From an uncultured Acidimicrobiaceae bacterium (GTDB taxonomy: Bacteria > Actinomycetota > Acidimicrobiia > Acidimicrobiales > UBA10347), in assembly GCA_964513315.1 (NCBI GenBank), contig CAZEMU010000003.1, positions 32,176-74,002 of the forward strand: DNA of 41,827 bases, read 5' to 3'. Shown here piece by piece: positions 16,907-24,814 of the stretch. Made by a program: the position numbers and the translations under genes. The notes beneath the pieces were generated by a model. The model had not been told where the DNA came from. It was given only the letters and a program-made list of their open reading frames with translations, and searched no databases. How positions within the stretch are numbered: the first letter of the stretch is position 1; the number at the start of each line of letters is the position of its first letter.

Positions 16907-19222
16907 GTGGCAGCTGCTGGTTCGATTCTTGGCAACGCCGTCCTTCGCAAGGAAGACCCCGGTCTCTTGCGTGGCGACAACGATTACTTCGATGATCTAA
17001 AGATTGCATCCAAGGCCGTGGCCTTCGTGCGCTCAGACATTGCGCACGGCACGATCAACGCGATCAATCTCGGTGACTCCGAGTCGATGCCCGGCGTGAT
17101 CGCCGTGTACACGTCGGACAACACCGACCTTCCGGGGTGCAAGGGCTTCGACGCCTTCCCCGATGCGATGGATCGTCCACCGCTCGCCAAGGGCAAGGTC
17201 CGCTTCGTCGGTGACATCATCGCCATGGTCGTCGCAGAGACCCAGCCTCAGGCCATCGACGCTGCGGCCGAGATCTACGCCGACATCGATCCGCTCGATG
17301 TCGTCATCGACCTCGAATCTGCCGCTGGCGGGGCATTGCTCTTCGACGACACCGAGAGCAACATCTGCTTCGCAACGAACTTCCCCGTCGGCGAAGACGG
17401 CGCTCCCGTCGAAGTCGACGCACTGGCCGGTGCCGAACACGTCGCCACCGTCAAGATGCTCACCCAGCGCCTCGCCGGTGCGCCAATGGAAGCCAACGGC
17501 TGTGTCGCCATCCCGAATGAGCCCGAGGGTGGCCTGACCATGTGGGTGTCCCACCAGGCACCGCACGGCATCCAGCCCGCGATCGCCGCGCTCTGCGGCT
17601 TCGCCGAAGAAGACCACGACAAGGTCCGCGTCGTGACCCCATGGGTCGGCGGTGGCTTCGGCCCCAAGGCTGCGTTCTATGTCGAGTACTTCCTCACCTG
17701 TTACGCCGCCAAGGCGCTCGGCACGCCGGTCAAGTGGACCGAGCTGCGCAGCGAGAACATGGTGTCGATGTGCCACGGCCGCGCCATGGTCATGGAAGCC
17801 AAGCTTGGCCTGACCAAAGAAGGCAAGATCACCGGCTACGAAGCCAACGTGACCGCCGACGCAGGTGCCTACCCGGCACTCGGCGCCATCCTGCCGATGC
17901 TGACCCAGCTGCTCGCACCTGCCGTCTACGAGGTGCCGCAGATCAAGTTCTCCGGCATCTCGGTGCTGACGAACACGACCTTCATCGGTGCCTACCGCGG
18001 TGCAGGTCGTCCCGAAGCCACCCAGCTGTTCGAGCGAGTGCTCGACGTCGCTGCCGGTGAGCTCGATATCGATCCGGGCGAGATCCGTCGCATGAACTTC
18101 CTCCAGCCCGAGGACTTCCCGCTGACGACGGTGACCGGCGCCAACTACGACAGCGGCGAGTACGAAAAGGCACTCGACGCGGCGCTCGAGGCCGCTGGCT
18201 ACAGCGACCTCCGCGCCCAGCAGCAGGCCCGCCGCGAATCCGGCGATCCTAAGCAGCTCGGCATTGGCGTCTCGGCCTACGTCGAGACGACCGCCCCCAT
18301 CGGACTCCACGTCGAGTGGACCAAGGTCGCCGTCACCGACGAAGGCGAAATCGAGCTCTACGCCGGCACCTCCGTGCACGGTCAGGGCCACGACACCGCA
18401 TTCTCGATGATCGCCAGCTCGATCCTCGGCGTGCCGATGGACAAGGTCCACCACTACGACTCCGATACCGCTTCGGTGCCTCGTGGCTCCGGCACGCTCG
18501 GCTCCCGCTCGCTCCAGACGGCCGGTTCCGGCATCTACGTCGGCTCCGAAAAGGTCCTCGAAAAGGCCAAGGCGCTCGCAGCGCACCTGCTCGAAGCAAG
18601 TGTCGACGATATGGAAACCACCGGAGACGGCCTAGCCGTGGCTGGTGTGCCGACCTCGTCGCTGACCTGGGCTGAGCTCGCGGTCGCCGCCAAGGACGAG
18701 AGCAAGCTTCCTGAAGGCATGGAGCCAGGGCTCGCTCACGAGCACGACTTCGACGGTCAGGACTCGACCTACCCGTTCGGCGCTCACGTCAGCGTCGTCG
18801 AGGTCGACACCGAGACCGGCGGCGTCGAGATGCTTCGCCACATCGCTGTTGACGACTGCGGCACCATCCTGAACCCGGTCCTCGTGACCGGCCAGCAGCA
18901 CGGTGGTATCGCCCAGGGCGCCGCGCAGGTGCTCTACGAACACGTCCACTACGACGAGTACGGCAACCCACAGGCCGGCAACTTCATGGACTACCTCGTG
19001 CCAGCAGCGACCGAGCTGCCGAGCTTCGAGACGTCGAACACCGAGACCGCTTCGCCCCGCAACCCGCTGGGTGCCAAGGGCATCGGCGAGTCCGGCACGA
19101 TCGGCTCGACGCCAGCACTGCACAACGCAGTGGTTGACGCTGTGGCGCACCTCGGTGTGACCCACATCGACATGCCCTGCACGCCGCAGGCGATCTTCAA
19201 CGCCATCAACAGCGCAAGCTGA
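16907..19222 (+). CDS. Xanthine dehydrogenase family molybdopterin-binding large subunit (CoxL form II-like)
   Basis: GGGFGPK, AYRGAGRPEA, HGQGH, GQQHGG..QG, GAKGIGESG; GGGAGA RBS before GTG 16907. Confidence 0.92.
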   Translation: MAAAGSILGNAVLRKEDPGLLRGDNDYFDDLKIASKAVAFVRSDIAHGTINAINLGDSESMPGVIAVYTSDNTDLPGCKGFDAFPDAMDRPPLAKGKVRFVGDIIAMVVAETQPQAIDAAAEIYADIDPLDVVIDLESAAGGALLFDDTESNICFATNFPVGEDGAPVEVDALAGAEHVATVKMLTQRLAGAPMEANGCVAIPNEPEGGLTMWVSHQAPHGIQPAIAALCGFAEEDHDKVRVVTPWVGGGFGPKAAFYVEYFLTCYAAKALGTPVKWTELRSENMVSMCHGRAMVMEAKLGLTKEGKITGYEANVTADAGAYPALGAILPMLTQLLAPAVYEVPQIKFSGISVLTNTTFIGAYRGAGRPEATQLFERVLDVAAGELDIDPGEIRRMNFLQPEDFPLTTVTGANYDSGEYEKALDAALEAAGYSDLRAQQQARRESGDPKQLGIGVSAYVETTAPIGLHVEWTKVAVTDEGEIELYAGTSVHGQGHDTAFSMIASSILGVPMDKVHHYDSDTASVPRGSGTLGSRSLQTAGSGIYVGSEKVLEKAKALAAHLLEASVDDMETTGDGLAVAGVPTSSLTWAELAVAAKDESKLPEGMEPGLAHEHDFDGQDSTYPFGAHVSVVEVDTETGGVEMLRHIAVDDCGTILNPVLVTGQQHGGIAQGAAQVLYEHVHYDEYGNPQAGNFMDYLVPAATELPSFETSNTETASPRNPLGAKGIGESGTIGSTPALHNAVVDAVAHLGVTHIDMPCTPQAIFNAINSAS

Positions 19223-19242
19223 GGCTGATCAACTGAACTGAC

Positions 19243-19290
19243 CGAAGCCGGGTCGTCCCACCGCTTGCCGGTGCGGACGCCCCGGCTTCG
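19243..19290. terminator. Long hairpin between convergent genes, probable terminator
   Basis: CGAAGCCGGG-CGTCC-CACCG pairs with CGGTG-GGACG-CCCGGCTTCG. Confidence 0.55.
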
Positions 19291-19305
19291 TCGCGTCCGA
19301 CGCCT

Positions 19306-19342
19306 GGGGTCGCACCTCAATTCGGTTCACGGGGTCGCACCT
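19306..19342. repeat. 12-bp direct repeat GGGGTCGCACCT x2
   Basis: Exact copies at 19306-19317 and 19331-19342. Confidence 0.7.
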
Positions 19343-19383
19343 GCGACGACTTCATCCGTGCGTGTGCGCTGGCGTTGGTGTGC

Positions 19384-20568
19384 CTAGTCGTCGGTGAGTT
19401 CGGCGAGGATCTCGGCGCTGTGCTCGCCGAGTTCGGGAGCATGGCTGCGGGGGGCTACGACCGTCCGAGAGAAGTCGACGGGTGTGGCCACCATGGTGCT
19501 TGTGCCGCCGAACCCGTCGGGCACCTCGATCAGCCCACCCGAGCCCGCAAGCTGCGGATCTGCGAGCAGATCATCGAGCGTGTTGATCGGACACCAGAAG
19601 AAGTCGGGTTCGTGTTCGGCTCGCGCCACGAGCTCATCAAAGGCCAGCTTGGCGAACTCGGCATCGATCGTGGCGATGAGCGCTTCGGCATTGATGCGTC
19701 GATCGGCGGGTGTTGCGTAGCGCTCATCCTCGATGAGGGCGTCGAGACCGAGCAGTCGGCACAGCGGCGCCCAGTGGCGTTCGGGGTCGACGCCGATGAC
19801 CCAGATCCAGCGGTCATCGCCGAGTCGGTAGTTGTTCGCCGTCGGGCTCGACGCGGTCCGACGGTCGTTGTTGCCGATGTCGGTGCCCCACATGAGCTTC
19901 GTGTTGAGGTCGAAGCTGATCGTGTACATCCCCTCGCGAAACAGCGAGGTCGAGATCAGCTGACCGAGTCCGGACTTGGTGCGCTCGAACAGGGCTGCGC
20001 TGATCGCCCCGGCGCAGGCGAGCCCGGTGTTGTGATCACCCATGCCTCCGCGTTGGAACGGCGGAACCTGGCCGGGCGCGGTCAGGAGCGAGGCGATGCC
20101 GGACCGGGACCAGAACGCGGCGATATCGAACGCGGGGCGGTCAGCATCGGGTCCCTCACGTCCGAAGCCGGTGATGTGGCCATAGACGAGCGTTGGGAAG
20201 CGCTCGCTGAGCGTCTCGTAGTCGAGCCCCAGCCGCTCCAGCCCACCGCTGCGCACATTGGTAACGAAGACGTCGGCCTCGGCAATCAGATCGAGCGCAA
20301 CGGCGATGCCCTCGTCGGTCTGGAGGTCGAGCATGATCGATCGCTTCGACCGGTTGTCCTGCTCGAAGATCGGGTTCGAGGGCAGCTCGCCGCCGAGGAT
20401 CGCGTGGAACAGTCGCGACGGGTCGCCTTCGGGCGGCTCGATCTTGATGACGTCGGCGCCCCAGTCGGCCAGAATGCCACCAGCTGCGGGCCCAGCGATC
20501 CAGACGCCGAGCTCGACGACCTTGACGCCGGCGAGCGGCCCTGAGGCGGTCTTGTTCGCGTTCTCCAT
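19384..20568 (-). CDS. CoA-transferase family III (CaiB/BaiF)
   Basis: PLAGVKVVE, LADWGADVIKIEPP.GDP, NRSKRS, ADVFVTN, APELGEHS. Confidence 0.93.
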   Translation of the reverse strand: MENANKTASGPLAGVKVVELGVWIAGPAAGGILADWGADVIKIEPPEGDPSRLFHAILGGELPSNPIFEQDNRSKRSIMLDLQTDEGIAVALDLIAEADVFVTNVRSGGLERLGLDYETLSERFPTLVYGHITGFGREGPDADRPAFDIAAFWSRSGIASLLTAPGQVPPFQRGGMGDHNTGLACAGAISAALFERTKSGLGQLISTSLFREGMYTISFDLNTKLMWGTDIGNNDRRTASSPTANNYRLGDDRWIWVIGVDPERHWAPLCRLLGLDALIEDERYATPADRRINAEALIATIDAEFAKLAFDELVARAEHEPDFFWCPINTLDDLLADPQLAGSGGLIEVPDGFGGTSTMVATPVDFSRTVVAPRSHAPELGEHSAEILAELTDD

Positions 20569-20629
20569 GTCCGGACACTAGTGAGCGGGGTTTCGGCCTT
20601 CCCAGAACGCTCGACCACGACGGCAGGCG

Positions 20630-20668
20630 AGACGCAAAGAAACCCCGGCGGTTCTGCCGGGGTTTCTT
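20630..20668 (-). terminator. Intrinsic terminator downstream of P-II gene
   Basis: Perfect 13-bp inverted repeat AAGAAACCCCGGC/GCCGGGGTTTCTT (20637-20668). Confidence 0.8.
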
Positions 20669-20701
20669 CAGAGACGTGATGCGCCCAGATGGGCGGGGGA
20701 G

Positions 20702-21169
<468 letters not shown>

Positions 21170-21183
21170 CTACGATGTTGCGC

Positions 21184-21570
21184 ATGTTGCGTTTGGATCC
21201 GTCTACGCCCGTTCCGCCGTTTGAGCAGATCCGAGCCCAAATCGCGCTGCAGGTCGCCGCTGGTCGCCTCCGTCCGGGGGATCGTTTGCCGACGATTCGC
21301 ACGCTGGCCGACGAGCTCGATGTGGCTGCGAACACGGTTGCCCGTGCGTATCGAGAGTTGATCACGACCGGCATCTGCGTCGCGGCCGGCCGTCGCGGCA
21401 CCTTTGTTGCCGAGGAGCCCCCGGTGGCCTTCGAGGTCGCGACCCGGTCCGAGGTCCTGTGCGAGGCAGCGGCAGCGTTCGCACAAGCGGCTCGTGAACT
21501 CGACGTGCCGATCGATGAGGCGCTTGAGGCCATCATCGACGCCATGCGAACGCCGCCCCGAGCCGCATAG
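21184..21570 (+). CDS. GntR family transcriptional regulator (YtrA/YhcF-like)
   Basis: PPFEQIR, LPTIRTLA, NTVARAYREL, GRRGTFV; short C-terminal helix. Confidence 0.9.
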   Translation: MLRLDPSTPVPPFEQIRAQIALQVAAGRLRPGDRLPTIRTLADELDVAANTVARAYRELITTGICVAAGRRGTFVAEEPPVAFEVATRSEVLCEAAAAFAQAARELDVPIDEALEAIIDAMRTPPRAA

Positions 21571-21580
21571 GCCCGGTGCT

Positions 21581-21632
21581 AGTGTTGTTGGTGAGGCTTG
21601 AGTAGCCAGTGTTGTTGGTGAGGCTTGAGTAG
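21581..21632. repeat. 25-bp direct repeat x2 (27-bp period)
   Basis: AGTGTTGTTGGTGAGGCTTGAGTAG at 21581-21605 and 21608-21632. Confidence 0.9.
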
Positions 21633-21749
21633 ATTGTCAGAAGCCGATACTCTGACCCCAGAGTGTCGAGCTTGAGCTTCGATACCTCAGGTGTCACCCC
21701 GGCTGACCTCCGAAAGGTGAGGTCGTGATGTCTATCCAATGGACTTGCC

Positions 21750-21926
21750 ATGCTTCGACAAATCACAACCACGCTCATGTTGTTGTTTGCTGTATTCGTC
21801 ATCACAACGGAGGGGAACGCCGAGATGGCCGACTCGTTTCTCGCTTGGTTGGGCGAAGGCATCGAAGAGCTGCGGTCGCTGATTGATGCCTCAATCGGCT
21901 CACCTGCGGTTGAAGCTGCGGCTTGA
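21750..21926 (+). CDS. Small hypothetical membrane protein (58 aa), absent from ORF track
   Basis: MLRQITTTLMLLFAVFVITTEGNAEMADSFLAWLGEGIEELRSLIDASIGSPAVEAAA: basic N-terminus, hydrophobic helix, amphipathic helix; fills an intergenic gap. Confidence 0.55.
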   Translation: MLRQITTTLMLLFAVFVITTEGNAEMADSFLAWLGEGIEELRSLIDASIGSPAVEAAA

Positions 21927-22071
21927 GGCGCAATCCTCGCGCATCCCCGCAGATCCGCGGTCGGTGGCGCACTCGTCGCTGAGTTCGGCGGCAAAGGTTC
22001 GCTCTATCGCAGCCTCGCCTGGGCAACCGGTCCGGGCCAGTTGCGATGGATGTAGCGGAAGTCGCTACAGC

Positions 22072-22734
22072 ATGGGCCAAACTGCGGGGGTGAGGCGTCG
22101 AGCTACCGCAGTGCTACTTGCTCTGATGGTCTTTGTCGGCGCGTGTGCGGACGCTCCGGATCCCGGCGACCTTGCCGCATTCTGTGACCTGCTCGCGGCC
22201 GACGTTGGGTTGTCGACGCAAGCCACCGAGGCCGAGTACGCACAGCTCGCGCTCGTCGCTCCGCCAGAGATCCGACCGACGATCGACTCGCTGCAGACAC
22301 AAGCTCGCGATTTCGACGAACTGCTGAACGTGCAACCGCCGGATCTCGCGGCGATCTTCACGGCCAAGTTCGATCCGGCAGCCGAGAGCGATCGAGCCGA
22401 GCTCGACCGCTACGCCGAGAGCGGCTGCAACCTGCTCATCGCCCGGCCGCCATCGGTGCGGTGGGCGAACTTCGTGCGCGAGAACCACGCCGACGCCGCG
22501 TGGCGCGACGCCGTCGCAATGGACTTCATCTCTGACGGAACCCAGGGCGTCACCGCTGCAGCGGCGACGTTTGCCGAGGCGCCGGCTCCGATGGGACTGG
22601 TCGAAGACGTGTGTGATGCGCTGTCAGACTTCCTGTCGAGCGACGGCTCCGGCGCCGCCTCGATCCAAGTGTTCATCGGCACCGTGGTGGTCATCAACGA
22701 ATCCAGCCCCGACGGTCCCTGCCGACTTCCCTAG
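22072..22734 (+). CDS. Hypothetical lipoprotein
   Basis: RRR + hydrophobic stretch + FVGAC lipobox; start is ATG 22072 or GTG 22090. Confidence 0.65.
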   Translation: MGQTAGVRRRATAVLLALMVFVGACADAPDPGDLAAFCDLLAADVGLSTQATEAEYAQLALVAPPEIRPTIDSLQTQARDFDELLNVQPPDLAAIFTAKFDPAAESDRAELDRYAESGCNLLIARPPSVRWANFVRENHADAAWRDAVAMDFISDGTQGVTAAAATFAEAPAPMGLVEDVCDALSDFLSSDGSGAASIQVFIGTVVVINESSPDGPCRLP

Positions 22735-22826
22735 TCGCATTGCCGGCGAGCAAAGGCGGACTACCCGGAATGCTCTAAGCTCTCGGCACAAACAACAAGA
22801 CGTTGTTGAGAACCCGGAGAGGAACC

Positions 22827-23039
22827 ATGGGATTCAAGGTTGTCGTCGATTTCGATCTGTGCGAGAGCAACGCAATTTGCATGCAGATTGCGCCCGAGGT
22901 GTTCGAGGTCCGTGACGACGACTTCCTGTACATCCTGAACGAGACGCCCGACGAAGGCATGCGCGAAAAGGTCGAAGAGTCGGCCCAGCGCTGCCCGAAG
23001 CAGGCCATCAAGCTCGAGGATCTTCCCGCGGCCGAGTGA
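22827..23039 (+). CDS. Ferredoxin ([3Fe-4S]-type, CxxNxxC...CP)
   Basis: VDFDLCESNAICMQIAPEVF...RCPKQAI; GAGGA RBS. Confidence 0.92.
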   Translation: MGFKVVVDFDLCESNAICMQIAPEVFEVRDDDFLYILNETPDEGMREKVEESAQRCPKQAIKLEDLPAAE

Positions 23040-23081
23040 GGCCTGAGCTCGACGCTCCTTTTCTCTCCACACGGACACACC

Positions 23082-24269
23082 ATGAACTCCATCGCCGTCA
23101 TCGGCGCCTCGCTTGCGGGTTTGCGCGCCGCCGAAGCCCTCCGCCGCGAAGGCTTCGAGGGAACGATCCACCTGGTCGGCGACGAGCCGCACGAGCCCTA
23201 CGACCGGCCGCCGCTGTCCAAGCAGATCTTGGCGGGCACCTGGGAGATCGAAAAGGCGTGGCTGGCCAAGCCGGAGAAGTACGAAGAGCTTGCGCTCGAG
23301 ACGCACTATGGCGTCGCCGCAACCGCGCTCGATGTTGCGGGTCTCAACGTGGCGCTCGACACTGGCGCGACGCTCGACGTCGACGGCGTGGTCATTGCCA
23401 CCGGCGCCCGCTGCCGAACCATCGGCGAACCGCTGCCGGGTGTCTTCACCCTGCGGACGCTCAACGATGCACAAGGCATCCGAGCTGCGTTCGACAAGGG
23501 CCCGGGCCGAGTCGTCGTTGTCGGTGCGGGCTTCATCGGCGCCGAAGTTGCCGCGACCGCCCGCGAACTTGGCATCGACGTCACCATGGTCGAAATGGCC
23601 ACGGCACCGTTCGAGCGCTCCATGGGCGCCGTGATGGGCGCCGTGCTGGCTGACATTCACCGAGACCAAGGCGTCGACCTTCGCCTCGGCGTCGGCGTGT
23701 CCGGATTCACCGGCGACGATGCCGTCACCGGCGTGGACCTGACCGACGGCACCCACATCGAAGCCGACGTTGTTGTCGTCGGCGTGGGCGTGATCCCGAA
23801 CACCGAATGGTTGGCCGACAGCGGCCTCGACATCACGAACGGCGTGCTGTGCGACGAGACCACGCTGGCGGCGCCCGGTGTTGTCGCCGCGGGCGACGTT
23901 GCCCGGTGGCCGAACCCTCACTTCGGTGAAACGATGCGCGTCGAGCACTGGGACAACGCCATCACGATGGGCACACACGCTGCCAAGCGGCTCCTCCACG
24001 GCGAGGCCGCCGGGGCGTATGCGCCAACGCCGTGGTTCTGGTCCGATCAGTACGACCGCAAGATCCAGCTCGCCGGCCGCACGACCGACTTCGATCGCTT
24101 CGAGCTCGTCAACGGCGATACCGAGAGCCGCACCTTCGCCGGCATCTACGGCCGAGACGGACGCATCGTCGCCGTCTTGGGCTTCAACCGGCCCCGCCAC
24201 GTGATGCGGTACCGGGCACTCATCGACGAGGGCGTGTCCTTCGACGACGCACTCGCCGCGGACATCTAG
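23082..24269 (+). CDS. FAD-dependent ferredoxin reductase
   Basis: GASLAG, PYDRPPLSK, GAGFIGAE, AAGDVA, RVEHW, PWFWSDQY. Confidence 0.93.
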   Translation: MNSIAVIGASLAGLRAAEALRREGFEGTIHLVGDEPHEPYDRPPLSKQILAGTWEIEKAWLAKPEKYEELALETHYGVAATALDVAGLNVALDTGATLDVDGVVIATGARCRTIGEPLPGVFTLRTLNDAQGIRAAFDKGPGRVVVVGAGFIGAEVAATARELGIDVTMVEMATAPFERSMGAVMGAVLADIHRDQGVDLRLGVGVSGFTGDDAVTGVDLTDGTHIEADVVVVGVGVIPNTEWLADSGLDITNGVLCDETTLAAPGVVAAGDVARWPNPHFGETMRVEHWDNAITMGTHAAKRLLHGEAAGAYAPTPWFWSDQYDRKIQLAGRTTDFDRFELVNGDTESRTFAGIYGRDGRIVAVLGFNRPRHVMRYRALIDEGVSFDDALAADI

Positions 24270-24271
24270 GC

Positions 24272-24763
24272 GTGAAGCACCTGGTCGCGCTGCTCGTGGC
24301 GGCGCTACTGCTCACTGCCTGCAGCGTTGAGCGGTCACTCGACGCTGATGCCTTGTCCGAACAGATTCGGGCCCAGCTGTTCCCCGAGCACCCGGATCTG
24401 GTCACCGACGTAAACTGCCCGCGGCTCGAAGACCCGGCGGTCGGCGACACGTTCGCGTGCGCTGCTCAGGTCGGCGCCCAGATCGTCGACGTGCCCGTGG
24501 TGCTCGGAGGCGACGCCGACAACTTGACGGCCCGCTCGGTGCTCGACGACCGCTTCGTTCCCGCACAGCAGCTGGCCGATCTGCTCGCGGCGACCTTCAC
24601 GGCCGAAGTCGGGATCATCACGTCGGTCGACTGCGGCCAACCAGTGGTTGTGCTCGAGGCAGGCGAGACGCTGATCTGCACAGCAACGGACCCGGCGGGC
24701 GTAAGCCGTCAGTTCGATGTCGCCGTGGCCGACGACGGCTCGATCGACCTCGAGATTCGCTAG
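24272..24763 (+). CDS. DUF4333-like lipoprotein
   Basis: LLTAC lipobox; two repeats of V.C...G.T..C. Confidence 0.7.
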   Translation: MKHLVALLVAALLLTACSVERSLDADALSEQIRAQLFPEHPDLVTDVNCPRLEDPAVGDTFACAAQVGAQIVDVPVVLGGDADNLTARSVLDDRFVPAQQLADLLAATFTAEVGIITSVDCGQPVVVLEAGETLICTATDPAGVSRQFDVAVADDGSIDLEIR

Positions 24764-24814
24764 CCGTTGCGGCTGCCAGAGTGCCGCTCCGCAACGGGCG
24801 CTCGCTGGGCTTGG

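Noticed and set aside
16907-19222. True aerobic CO dehydrogenase
   Set aside because: Lacks the AYxCSFR form I motif and any cox operon context
21581-21632. Mini-CRISPR array
   Set aside because: Only two copies, separated by 2 nt, with no spacer and no cas genes
21731-21742. 12-mer TCTATCCAATGG shared with 40410-40421
   Set aside because: Short match in unrelated contexts; cannot be distinguished from chance without genome-wide counts
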